Part shown: positions 29,207 through 37,982 of the stretch, one piece after another
Layout: each line of letters begins with the position of its first letter
Numbering within the stretch: the first letter of the stretch is position 1
Assembly: GCA_934462825.1 (NCBI GenBank)
Contig: CAKSIP010000003.1
Coordinates: 477-64,476 of the forward strand
Reading direction: 5' to 3'
Length of the DNA stretch: 64,000 bases
From: an uncultured Eubacteriales bacterium
GTDB lineage: Bacteria; Bacillota; Clostridia; Oscillospirales; CAG-272
The notes under the pieces: generated by a model
Database searches by the model: none
Seen by the model: the letters and a program-made list of their open reading frames with translations, nothing else
Told to the model about the DNA's origin: nothing
Position numbers and translations under genes: made by a program

Positions 29207-32200
29207 ATGAAAAAGACATGGACCAAGCTGATTTTGGCGATTTTGACGCTGGCGATGATCCTGTCGCTTACGGGGTGCCCTAAGAAGAATCCCGATCCGA
29301 CACCCACGCCTTCGACTTCTTCCCAGCAGCCCACCCCCACTCCCTCGCAGGGTGGAGGAACACCCACACCCACTTCCAACCCTACACCCACACCCACACC
29401 CACTTCCAACCCTACACCCACACCCACTTCCAACCCTACACCCACACCCACTTCCAACCCTACACCTACACCCACTCCCGAACCTACCCCCACACCTCCT
29501 GTGGATCCCGGTAAAGTCAACGAGTTCCTGAAGGCATTCCTGCCTGAAAGCGCTCTGTTGAAGGGCGATGTTGTATGGACAAACGGCGAAGATTATGAAG
29601 ACTACATCGGTTGGGTAGCTTATACCGAGCTGGATGGCTTCTTCGCAGCCAGCAACAATGCCGGCAAGGACAAAACCGCTTCCGAAATGAAGCTGAACTT
29701 TGGTCTTGCAAAGAAATCCGACCTTACCTTTAAGGTAAAAGTAGACGTCGGAACCGAAAGCGGTTGGGACGGCTTCTACATGATCGTTGACGGCGTTGTT
29801 TACACCGGCGACGGCACAATCATTTGGGCTGAAGGCGCACACAACTTCGGACATGTGTACGAAGGCTGGTCGCTGAACCAGACCGTTAAGGGCATGGCGG
29901 ACGACGCATTCCTCCATGTTTTCAAAGACGGTGAGCACACGGTAACCCTTTGCCTGGACGAAGGTAACCATGAAATCCGTTTCGGCTTCCTGAAAGACTG
30001 GGCCGGCGGCAACAGGACAGAGAGAGCTTACCTTTCTACCGCTACATTGGCAGAGCACAAAGAAGAAGAGCCTCCGACACCTCCGGTACCGAAGAACTAT
30101 GAAGTCGGCTTCAACGCAGCAGGTCTGCGCGTGGACGCCTACAAAGACGAAATTTACAACCACGGCGAACCCATCGAAATCAACTCTGCTCTCGGCTTTG
30201 CTAACAACAACTACAACGCAGATAACTACGATGGCAAATTTGCCAAGGCATGGGTAGCCCATGACGGCACCGGCCTTTACATCTATGCAGAAGTTTCCGA
30301 TAACAGCATTCATTCGGATGAGTACTATGCAAACGGTAACGAGTCGAACGACTGCTTGCAGGTTTATCTCGACTTCGTAAGAGACTTTGAAGAAAAAGGC
30401 GTGACAACTAGCGCCTACAAAGCCACCGGAACAGCCGGCTCCAGAAGACTTGGCTTCGTGGCCATTGCTCCTTCCGGCCGTGTGTTCCAGAACTGGGGCT
30501 TTAGCGGCGTACCGGAAGTTGCCGGTGCTGCAAGAAAAATTGACGGCGGTTACGCTGTTGAATTGTACGTTCCTTTCCCGGAATCCAAGGTTAGCACCAT
30601 CGGTATCGGCTTTGAGGTTCATGATGACATTACCGGAACGGGCAACCAAAAGGACGTATACTACTACAGCGCTCCTAACGGAACCAGCTGGTGGAACTCC
30701 TACGAGACATTGACTCTCTATGATCTCGCAGAAGAAACCAAGTACGAGGGCCGCGTGGCAGCTTACACGGACAAAATCAACCTGGATGGCTACCTGGATG
30801 AAGTTTATAAGAACGGCACAGAGCTGATCCTCGACAAGAGCACCTATTGGTCGAGCAACCCCGCTGACTATAACGGCAGCGGCAAAGCATACTTTGCCTT
30901 TACCGACGACGCACTTTATCTGTACGTTACAGTAAATGATACGACAATCATTTCCGCAGACAAAGACGATAAGGTTGCAGAAACCGGCGATAAGGTTTGC
31001 TTGTACCTCGACTTCAAAGGCTCGATGGAAGCAGAAGGCCTTGACAGCGGTGCTTATAAGAGCAAATATGCCAACAACTCCGAATCCGCTATCAACAAAA
31101 AGACGCTGGGCTGGATCTGCGTGGATCCCACCGGCAATATCCAAGGAAACTTCGGCTTCCGTTCGGAAGCTAACGATGGCACCCCTGTAGCAGGTACGGA
31201 CTATAAGTTCGTCGTTACCTCTGAGGGTTATGCAGTCGAGCTGAGAGTTCCGCTGGCTGACCACCTGATGGCATCGCTCAAGAGAAATGCAATCACGACC
31301 ATCGGCGCGGGCTTTGAAGTTCATGACGACACCAACGGCGATAACAACAGAGATGCCATTTTCGGTGACAGCGCAAATGCTGTTAACTATTGGGCTATGT
31401 ACGGCCTGTTCCCGACCTTGAAGCTTGACAAGAGCACGTTCCAGGCAAACACCGAAACCTCCAAATTCTACGAAGCCGCTCATGTAGCAGCCGGCCTTAT
31501 CGTGGATGGCAAGAAAGATGCCGCTTACGATGATTCCAAGGCAATTCTTTTCAACAACGCTATGGAAGGCGCAAATTCCGACGCTAAGGGCTTCGGTAAA
31601 GCTTGGGTTGCCAACGATGCAAAGGGTATCTACGTTTACGCAGAAATTATGGATGACACGCTCGGCGAAACTCCTTCCAAGGGCGACAAGTTCACCATTT
31701 ACCTTGACTACATCAACAACCATGGCCAGGAAGGCGTGGAATCCGGTGTAAGATACCGCAACCAGTACCAAAAGCATTCGGGTAACTGGTATATGTCCAT
31801 CGGTTCGATGACCGTTTTTGCAGACGGCACTTACGATTTTGCTTACGGTATGCTGGCTCGCTTCAACGGCAACGCCGACAATAGCGAAATGCCTATCGCA
31901 ACCAGCCGCATCGAAGGCGGTTGGGCTGTTGAGTGCTACATCGCATTTGACGTTATGACCACCGATACATTCGGCCTTGGCTTTGAAGCCTATGACGACA
32001 TTACCGGTGACGGCGAAAGCGATGCCGTTTACATGGATCAGAACCTCGGTCAGTCCTATGACAAGTACTATGAAGGTCTGAAGGACATTATGGTTGACAG
32101 AACCGGCTTGATCGGTGTTGGCACGGCTGTTGTGGATGCAGAGTATGACGAAGCTTATGCAGCAGGCCAGAAGATTTCCACCAGAAACTTCCTCGGCAAA

Positions 32201-32737
32201 CCGTACTTTGAGAAAGGTCAGCCCAATGTTGACGCAACGATCATTCATGACGACAAGGGACTTTACATCTACGCAACGGTAGAAGACACCACGATTTATG
32301 ATCATGAGTTCTACAAAGAAGGCAATGAAGGCAACGATAACGTACAGTTCTACATTGACTTTGCAAGAGACTATGAAGAAAAAGGCGTGACGGGCGGCGA
32401 CTATAAAGCCACCGGAACAGCCGGTTCCAGAAGACTTGGCTTCGTGTGCGTAGGCCCGACAGGCGTGGTTTACAGCAACTGGGGCTTCAAGGCCGCCGAC
32501 GGCACGGTGGATCCCGAAATCAAGGCAGCGGCTAAGCGGATTGATGGCGGTTATGTTATCGAAGTCTTTATCCCGTTTGCCGGTGAAGACATTATGGGTG
32601 ACATCGTATCTATCGGTATGCAGTTGAATAACGATACTAACCAAGACCATGCGGTAGATATTAACAGATGGGACATCTACTACGGTTGGGGCTACTACTA
32701 CATGTACGAAAATCTCCCGATGTACAAACTCGCTTAA
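29207..32737 (+). CDS. Large cell-surface lipoprotein: signal/lipobox, Pro-Thr linker, N-terminal beta-sandwich-like domain and four CBM9-like (carbohydrate-binding family 9 / DOMON-like) modules
   Basis: AAGGAGA RBS. MKKTWTKLILAILTLAMILSLTGC is a lipobox signal. A (TPTPTSNP)n linker follows. Four modules of about 200 aa share the CBM9-style pattern (V/L)D(G/A).(K/L)DE.Y ... A(K)AWVA.D..G(L/I)Y(I/V)YA.V.D ... D.(L/V/F).(V/I/F)Y(L/I)DF ... GGY.(V/I)E(L/V)..P ... G.GFE..DD. Modules 1 and 4 also share long DNA identity (EEKGVT..YKATGTAGSRRLGFV). Confidence 0.7.
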   Translation: MKKTWTKLILAILTLAMILSLTGCPKKNPDPTPTPSTSSQQPTPTPSQGGGTPTPTSNPTPTPTPTSNPTPTPTSNPTPTPTSNPTPTPTPEPTPTPPVDPGKVNEFLKAFLPESALLKGDVVWTNGEDYEDYIGWVAYTELDGFFAASNNAGKDKTASEMKLNFGLAKKSDLTFKVKVDVGTESGWDGFYMIVDGVVYTGDGTIIWAEGAHNFGHVYEGWSLNQTVKGMADDAFLHVFKDGEHTVTLCLDEGNHEIRFGFLKDWAGGNRTERAYLSTATLAEHKEEEPPTPPVPKNYEVGFNAAGLRVDAYKDEIYNHGEPIEINSALGFANNNYNADNYDGKFAKAWVAHDGTGLYIYAEVSDNSIHSDEYYANGNESNDCLQVYLDFVRDFEEKGVTTSAYKATGTAGSRRLGFVAIAPSGRVFQNWGFSGVPEVAGAARKIDGGYAVELYVPFPESKVSTIGIGFEVHDDITGTGNQKDVYYYSAPNGTSWWNSYETLTLYDLAEETKYEGRVAAYTDKINLDGYLDEVYKNGTELILDKSTYWSSNPADYNGSGKAYFAFTDDALYLYVTVNDTTIISADKDDKVAETGDKVCLYLDFKGSMEAEGLDSGAYKSKYANNSESAINKKTLGWICVDPTGNIQGNFGFRSEANDGTPVAGTDYKFVVTSEGYAVELRVPLADHLMASLKRNAITTIGAGFEVHDDTNGDNNRDAIFGDSANAVNYWAMYGLFPTLKLDKSTFQANTETSKFYEAAHVAAGLIVDGKKDAAYDDSKAILFNNAMEGANSDAKGFGKAWVANDAKGIYVYAEIMDDTLGETPSKGDKFTIYLDYINNHGQEGVESGVRYRNQYQKHSGNWYMSIGSMTVFADGTYDFAYGMLARFNGNADNSEMPIATSRIEGGWAVECYIAFDVMTTDTFGLGFEAYDDITGDGESDAVYMDQNLGQSYDKYYEGLKDIMVDRTGLIGVGTAVVDAEYDEAYAAGQKISTRNFLGKPYFEKGQPNVDATIIHDDKGLYIYATVEDTTIYDHEFYKEGNEGNDNVQFYIDFARDYEEKGVTGGDYKATGTAGSRRLGFVCVGPTGVVYSNWGFKAADGTVDPEIKAAAKRIDGGYVIEVFIPFAGEDIMGDIVSIGMQLNNDTNQDHAVDINRWDIYYGWGYYYMYENLPMYKLA
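29360..29500 (+). repeat. 24/30-bp in-frame tandem repeats encoding the Pro-Thr linker
   Basis: The unit acacccacacccacttccaaccct (TPTPTSNP) is repeated four times, with one 30-bp variant, then a degenerate TPTPTPEPTPTPP tail. Confidence 0.9.
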
Positions 32738-32989
32738 CTTTTTAAGAAAGCATTCTTCTGCCAAGGCGAAAGAGGCGCGGCCTGACCGCCCTCCTTCGCC
32801 CGCACAGATGCTTGATTATACTTGACAGATCCGCAAGGCACGGAGGAGGGCTTTTCACTACTCACCTCCTGCGATGCCGAGCGGAACCCTGTAAAGCTTT
32901 TGAAATTGATCGAAACCGCCCGCCCCGATAAGGGGCGGATGGAATGGATCGGATTTCATAATATTTCTCTTTTTCAAGGGGCTTCGAGC

Positions 32990-33535
32990 AATCGGGCCCC
33001 TGCTTTTTTGTTGCGGCCACACCGCCCCGCCCACCGTCTACCATTACTCGTCGCGCCGCCCCGCCCGGCCGCGTGCCGCAGATTTTTGAGGGCTTTTTTG
33101 TTGCCGCCGCCGCTACCCCGCGCGAAAAAAGCTCACCCGCCCGCCGTTCGTGCGAAAAAATGCTCACCCGGCCGCCCGTCAACCCGCCCGCTGCATGTCG
33201 TAGGTTTGGGCGTTTTTTTGTTGCGGCCACCGCCGCCACGTGTCGCCCGCCGTTCGCACAAAAAAGGCTCACCCGGCCACGCGCCCCCGCTCCCGCCCAC
33301 CGTTCGTGCGAAAAAACGGCCGTGCGGCCACCCGTCAACCCGCCCGCTGCATGTCGTAGGTTTTGGCGGTTTTTTGTTGCCGCCGCCGCTAACCTGCGAG
33401 GAAAAACGGCTCACTCGGCCGCCCGACACCACGCGCCGCCCGCGCGCCGCGTGTCGTAGGTTGGGGTGTTTTTTTGTTGCGCCCACGTGCCCCGCCGTTC
33501 GCGCGGAAAAACGGCCGCTTTTTCACCCCTGTGCA
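32990..33535. repeat. Degenerate GC-rich non-coding tandem-repeat array (about 5 units of roughly 90-155 bp)
   Basis: Each unit begins with a T6-7 run followed by GTTGC(C/G)GCC (33003, 33094, 33213, 33368, 33468). Units share blocks such as cccgccgttcg(t/c)gc(g)aaaaaa.g(g)c, gtcaacccgcccgctgcatgtcgtaggtt(t)gg and ctcacccggcc. The ORFs crossing it are Pro/Arg/Ala-rich repeats in several frames. Confidence 0.8.
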
Positions 33536-33594
33536 GGGAAATTTGCTTTTTGGGCGGCTTTGGAAGGGCCAAATTGATTTTTTGCGGGAACTTC

Positions 33595-33623
33595 TTGACA
33601 GGCCGCAGGGGGTATGGTATCAT
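33595..33623 (+). promoter_or_regulatory. Sigma-A-type promoter upstream of the EEP gene
   Basis: TTGACA, a 17-nt spacer, then TGgTATCAT. It lies about 45 nt upstream of the ATG at 33667. Confidence 0.5.
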
Positions 33624-33666
33624 AATATCAAAATTTGCGAATGGCTTGACACGAAAGGAAAAAATT

Positions 33667-34371
33667 ATGGCAACTTTCATTGACGGAAAACTGACGCTGA
33701 CTGTGGCAACCTACAATATTGCGGGCGGTTCTTACTGCGACGTCGCCCTGAAGGAGCTGGCCGCCGATGTGATCGCTTCGGGCGCCGACATCGTTGGCTT
33801 GCAGGAGGTGGATCGCTTTGTGCCGCGCTCCGGCCATCGTGATATGCTGGCCATTCTCGCCGGAGAGGCCGGATTTCCCTATTCGTTTTTTGTCCGCGCC
33901 ATTGACTTGAAGGGCGGGGAATACGGTACCTCCATCCTCAGCAAGTACCCCATAGAAGCCTCCGAGGTGATTCCGCTGGATTCGCCCCATGTCGAGGGGC
34001 GGTCGGTCGGCCGAACCGTGATCAATGTCTGCGGGATCAAGGTCAACTATTTCAACACCCACCTCGCTTTTGAAAACGACGAGGCGATCCTGTATCACTT
34101 CGATCAGGTCGCTGAAATTTTGAAAAAATACGATTCTTATATCATCACGGCCGACTACAACACCAACAATTATGCTCTGTTCAACCGCTTTCACGGTCAT
34201 CGGCTGGTCAACAACGAGGAGCATCCGTGGACAACCTTTCCTTCCTCCGGCGTCGGTATTGACAACATTGTTATGACCGAGGATTGGAGCTTTGGCAACG
34301 TACAGATAGGCCCGCAGGGGCATTCCGACCATTGCCTGCTTTCCGCTACGCTGGAAAAGCAGGTGGGATAA
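33667..34371 (+). CDS. Endonuclease/exonuclease/phosphatase (EEP) family protein
   Basis: MATFIDGKLTLTVATYNIAGG, GLQEVD and a C-terminal SDHCLL motif are typical of the EEP fold. No signal peptide. Start set at the ATG after GAAAGGA (the tracked ORF starts inside the repeat array). Confidence 0.75.
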   Translation: MATFIDGKLTLTVATYNIAGGSYCDVALKELAADVIASGADIVGLQEVDRFVPRSGHRDMLAILAGEAGFPYSFFVRAIDLKGGEYGTSILSKYPIEASEVIPLDSPHVEGRSVGRTVINVCGIKVNYFNTHLAFENDEAILYHFDQVAEILKKYDSYIITADYNTNNYALFNRFHGHRLVNNEEHPWTTFPSSGVGIDNIVMTEDWSFGNVQIGPQGHSDHCLLSATLEKQVG

Positions 34372-34402
34372 AAAGATTAAGGACAAAGAATAAAGCGTTA
34401 AG

Positions 34403-34473
34403 GCTGAAAGGCAAAGGCTGAAGGACAAAGGCTAAAGGCTAAAGGCTAAAGGGCAAAGGACAAAGGACAAAAA
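34403..34473 (+). repeat. Array of about ten heptamers (C/T)(A/G)AAGG(C/A) ending 3 nt before the flavin-reductase ATG
   Basis: ...gctgaaaggcaaaggctgaaggacaaaggctaaaggctaaaggctaaagggcaaaggacaaaggacaaaaagcaATG. Every unit contains a Shine-Dalgarno-like AAAGG. Confidence 0.85.
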
Positions 34474-34476
34474 GCA

Positions 34477-35289
34477 ATGGGGAAAATACAATGGGCGGGC
34501 GGCGCGCTTCTTGCGCCCATTCCCGCCGTGCTTGTGACTTGCGGTTCTGCGGAAAAGAGCAATGTTTTTACCGTCGCGTGGACGGGCATTGTCAACACGC
34601 ACCCGCCTATGACGTATATATCGGTGCGCCCCTCGCGGTATTCCTACGATCTGATTCGGGAAAGCGGTGAGTTTATCATCCACCTGACAACCGCGGAGCA
34701 AATCCGCAAGGTCGATTTTTGCGGGATTTATACCGGGCGCAAGGTCAATAAATGGGAAAAATGCGGGCTGGCTACGGAGCCGGCCAAGGTCGTGAAGTGC
34801 CCGCTTTTGTCGGACGCCCCGCTGGCGTTGGAGTGCCGCGTTACGCAGGTGCTTCCCTTGGGAACGCATGATATGTTTTTAGCCGAGATCGTGGCGACCG
34901 ATGTTGAGGAATCGCTTTTGGACGAAAACGGCAAGCTCTGCCTGGAGCGGGCGCATCTGGTCGCCTTTGGGCATGGGACGTACTTCGCGCTTGGAGAACC
35001 GATCGGCACTTTTGGCTTTTCCACGGAAAAGCCGAAGAAAAAGGAAAGCAGAGGGGCAAATCAGCGGCCGGCGGCCGGGCAACCGACGGCCGAGCGGCTC
35101 AGTGCCCCCACGCCCTCATCGGAAAGTGAAAGGGGAAAGCGCAAGACGAGTGCACCTTCTATGGCGAAAAGCGAAAATGCGGTGCGGGCGAAAAAAGGGC
35201 CGGAGGCTTCCGCCAAGAGGACGGCCAAGCCGACGCGCCGGGCGAACAAGCCGAGGGCCAAACGCCCGAAGCCGAAACGATTCGATTAG
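34477..35289 (+). CDS. Flavin reductase-like (FMN-binding split-barrel) protein with a basic low-complexity C-terminal tail
   Basis: The first roughly 180 aa resemble the Flavin_Reduct domain (PIPAVLVTCG...NVFTVAWTGIVNTHPPMTYISVRP...). The last roughly 85 aa are rich in K, R, P, A and S (KKKESRGANQRPAAGQ...RANKPRAKRPKPKRFD). Confidence 0.65.
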   Translation: MGKIQWAGGALLAPIPAVLVTCGSAEKSNVFTVAWTGIVNTHPPMTYISVRPSRYSYDLIRESGEFIIHLTTAEQIRKVDFCGIYTGRKVNKWEKCGLATEPAKVVKCPLLSDAPLALECRVTQVLPLGTHDMFLAEIVATDVEESLLDENGKLCLERAHLVAFGHGTYFALGEPIGTFGFSTEKPKKKESRGANQRPAAGQPTAERLSAPTPSSESERGKRKTSAPSMAKSENAVRAKKGPEASAKRTAKPTRRANKPRAKRPKPKRFD

Positions 35290-35312
35290 ACCGTGCCGCT
35301 GTCACGTGGGCG

Positions 35313-35410
35313 AGCGAACGGACAAACGGACGAGTGAACAACCGGACAAACGGACGAGTGAACAACCGGACGGACGAACGAGCGGGCAAACGAGCGGGCA
35401 AACGGGCAAG
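35313..35410. repeat. Short tandem repeats (24-bp unit x2, then 12-bp-like units) 3' of the flavin-reductase gene
   Basis: ggacaaacggacgagtgaacaacc occurs twice in tandem, followed by ggacggacgaacgagcgggcaaacgagcgggcaaacgggcaagc. Confidence 0.8.
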
Positions 35411-35542
35411 CGCCCCCCAATCGCCCGATTCTTCGCCCGAACAAGCATCCCGACGAACGGTCGCTCCGCCCCAAACAGGGCGCTTGGCTTCGGCCGAACC
35501 GCGCGGAAAAAGTTCCAAAACAAGCTCCCTTGGGGGAGAATA

Positions 35543-35586
35543 AGCGACGCATGAAAGGCAATGAGCCACGATGCGTCGCTTTTTTA
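35543..35586 (+). terminator. Rho-independent terminator
   Basis: agcgacgcat / atgcgtcgct, a 10-bp stem followed by TTTTT. Confidence 0.75.
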
Positions 35587-35835
35587 ATGCCCCAAACAAG
35601 CAATTATAGGAACATTGCACAAAATGGCAAACGCCGAATTGTGCAGATTTCACGACGAAAAAGGCTCCGGGCTTTATGAAATTTTCCCATATATTCCTTC
35701 GCGTCTTTTTGCTTTATTATAAAAAATTTACAATTTTTCAGTAGAAGCTTTGGCGGAAAAATGATATTATATACTAAACTATTATGCCTATTTTCGTTCC
35801 CTTCAAAAAATAAAGAGAGAAGAAAGGTGACTTTT

Positions 35836-37926
35836 ATGAAAAATTGGACGAGATTTTTCAGCTTGCTTTTGGCGCTGGTTTGCGTGGCAGGCACTTTGAT
35901 CGCTTGTCAGCCCAAGCAGCCCGACGAAACGCCGAGCGCAACGCCAACCACAACCCCCTCCGAAACGCCCAAGCCGGAGGATCCGGAGCGCTTCCTTACG
36001 CTGGTGGATGGCGTGGCGACTTCCTACACCATCATCCGCCCTTCCGAGACGACCACGGCCGTGAAGAACGCGGGTAAAAAAATGCGGGAAGGCCTGCGTG
36101 CGTACGTGAAGGATGTGACGCTGACCGAGGACTTTCTGATGAAGGATCAACAGCCGGGAACCTATGAAATTTTGATCGGTCAAACCAACCGCGAGGAATC
36201 CATCGAGGCGCTCAAGGGCGCCAACTACGATGACGTGATTGTGGCCGTGACCGGTGACAAGCTGGTGATTAACTCTTATAACGACGAAAAGCTGCTGCCG
36301 GCCGTGGAAAAGGTGCTGGCCTCGCTGAAAAGCGAGAACGGCAAGGTGCTGCTGAGCAGCAAGGCGGCCTTTGAGGAAAGGGCGACCTATCCGTTCCCCG
36401 ACCTTGCGTTGAACGGCCATTTGCTGAAGGATTACCGTATCGTGGTGCCGGCGGCTCCGCATGCCCTGGTGAAAAACGCAGCGGAGCGGCTTCAGAAAGC
36501 CATTATTGCGGCTTGCGGAACTTGCCTTCCGATTGTGAACGATCATTCCGAAGCGACGGAAAAAGAAATTGTGATCGGGAAAAATGAGCGCCCCGCTTCT
36601 TCCATCATAGATTTGGACAATCTGTCCGACTATACTTGCGTGATCAAAAACAGCGGCGCCGCCCTTGTTGTGGGCGCGACCGATAACAGCTTTGCTTTGA
36701 GCCAGGCGCTGGACGCCCTGACAAAAATGGTGGCGGCCGGCAAAATCGAGGAAAAGACGATTACGCTGGACAACTGCATCACGCCGATGCTGACGGCGTT
36801 CTGCTTTACCGATGTGCATAACTGCTTCGCCATGCTGGAGCCGCCTTACGTTTTCCGCAAAACCGCCACGCTGGCCATTGACACACTGCTGGCAACGACC
36901 GGTCAGGTGGATATTGTTCTGGACGGCGGCGACCTTATGAGCGACTATCCGTCATGGACAACCTCCGGCCACTTGCCGTATGAATACTTTCTCGGCTTCA
37001 AGGAGCTTACGGTGAAAACGTATGCCGCGCTGGCCAAGGACGGCAAGGTGATGTACGTGGCTGGAAACCACGACTATGCCCAGGGCGAGGAAGCGACCGA
37101 CGGCCCCGGCAAGAACGGCTCCTATAACTCGGCGGATTTCTACTTCTCCGGCCCGATGAAAGACACGCTTGGCGAGCTGCCCGACAGCGAAAAGCATGAG
37201 ATCGTCGGCAGACATACCGGCGAAAAATATCTGTTGGCGTTCCATTACGTGGTGAACGGCGTGGACTTTATCGGTTTGGCGCCCGATCCCGACCTGATTT
37301 GGTCAAATCAACAGTGGGCGTTCAACCAGGATTCGATGCGATGGCTGAAAAACAAGCTGAACGAAATTGATCCCGACGGCATCAAGCCGATCTTTATGGT
37401 TTGCCATTACGCAACGGATCAGAGAGACGCAAGATATGAGGACGTGAATCAAGGCATCCATCATGACTCCTCCGTGGTGCTGTCCCTTTTGCCTGTGCTG
37501 AAGGGGCACCGCAATCTGTTCTATTTGTACGGCCATTGGACGTGTGCGCACAGCTTCCACACCGACTATACGGTTAAAAACGTATTGCACTACAATGATA
37601 AAGGCAACGTGATTGACATTCGGGGCAACGAAACGCAATCGACCGAGGTGGTGCCCGTGGAAAAGCGGTTTTTCAACGCGGTTTGGATGGGCGGCTTCCG
37701 TCTCGACTACAACAAAGAGGACTTCAATAATGACGCGCTGTTTGGCTATGGCGGCTACACGAAAAAGCAGTTTTTCCCCACCACCGCAACGCCGAAGCTT
37801 TCGCAGGGCATGTATATTGAAGTGTTCCCGGATCGCGTGGTGTTTACCATGAAGAACTTTGGTACAAAGAAAGGCTTTGAAACCGGAACCCAGCTGGAGC
37901 CTTACACCGTGTACTTGTATCGATAA
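35836..37926 (+). CDS. Metallophosphoesterase lipoprotein, array member P1 (696 aa)
   Basis: Lipobox signal MKNWTRFFSLLLALVCVAGTLIAC, then a Pro/Thr/Glu linker. Two modules of about 130 aa match the pattern seen in glycosidase N-terminal accessory domains (YEILIGQTNREES..., EIVIGKNERP...). Calcineurin-like motifs follow: FTDVHN, GGDLMSD, AGNHDY, VCHYA, YGHW. A conserved C-terminal domain ends the protein (FPTTATPKLSQGMYIEVFPDRVVFTMKNFG...EPYTVYLYR). Confidence 0.75.
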   Translation: MKNWTRFFSLLLALVCVAGTLIACQPKQPDETPSATPTTTPSETPKPEDPERFLTLVDGVATSYTIIRPSETTTAVKNAGKKMREGLRAYVKDVTLTEDFLMKDQQPGTYEILIGQTNREESIEALKGANYDDVIVAVTGDKLVINSYNDEKLLPAVEKVLASLKSENGKVLLSSKAAFEERATYPFPDLALNGHLLKDYRIVVPAAPHALVKNAAERLQKAIIAACGTCLPIVNDHSEATEKEIVIGKNERPASSIIDLDNLSDYTCVIKNSGAALVVGATDNSFALSQALDALTKMVAAGKIEEKTITLDNCITPMLTAFCFTDVHNCFAMLEPPYVFRKTATLAIDTLLATTGQVDIVLDGGDLMSDYPSWTTSGHLPYEYFLGFKELTVKTYAALAKDGKVMYVAGNHDYAQGEEATDGPGKNGSYNSADFYFSGPMKDTLGELPDSEKHEIVGRHTGEKYLLAFHYVVNGVDFIGLAPDPDLIWSNQQWAFNQDSMRWLKNKLNEIDPDGIKPIFMVCHYATDQRDARYEDVNQGIHHDSSVVLSLLPVLKGHRNLFYLYGHWTCAHSFHTDYTVKNVLHYNDKGNVIDIRGNETQSTEVVPVEKRFFNAVWMGGFRLDYNKEDFNNDALFGYGGYTKKQFFPTTATPKLSQGMYIEVFPDRVVFTMKNFGTKKGFETGTQLEPYTVYLYR

Positions 37927-37933
37927 AAAAGGC

Positions 37934-37954
37934 AGGGCCGTGAAAAACGGCCCT
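37934..37954 (+). other. Intergenic hairpin cassette between P1 and P2
   Basis: agggccg-tgaaaaa-cggccct followed by aataactcccaaaaaaggaggcaa and the ATG. The same cassette recurs between P2 and P3. No T-run follows, so it is more likely an mRNA processing or stability element than a terminator. Confidence 0.5.
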
Positions 37955-37982
37955 AATAACTCCCAAAAAAGGAGGCAAATCT

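Noticed and set aside
28669-29520. 283-aa minus-strand ORF with (GVGVGLEV)n
   Set aside because: It is another reverse-complement reading of the Pro-Thr linker repeats, and it runs through the intergenic promoter region and hairpins.
29135-32764. 1209-aa minus-strand ORF covering the whole CBM9-like lipoprotein gene
   Set aside because: The plus strand has a promoter, RBS, lipobox and repeated recognisable modules. The antisense product has no motifs, and its C-terminal GSGCGCRV repeats are simply the reverse complement of the Pro-Thr linker.
32990-33535. Possible CRISPR array
   Set aside because: The repeated units are long, degenerate and contiguous, with no constant short repeats alternating with unique spacers. 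There are no cas genes in the window.
32822-33577. 251-aa Pro/Arg/Ala-rich ORF (and overlapping ORFs in other frames) across the tandem-repeat array
   Set aside because: Several frames on both strands are open and all give repetitive low-complexity products, as expected from GC-rich repeats. There is no RBS or start context. The region is treated as non-coding repeat DNA.
35604-35894. 96-aa minus-strand ORF upstream of P1
   Set aside because: It lies in an AT-rich promoter or leader region and overlaps the P1 start. The product is low-complexity, with no supporting signals.
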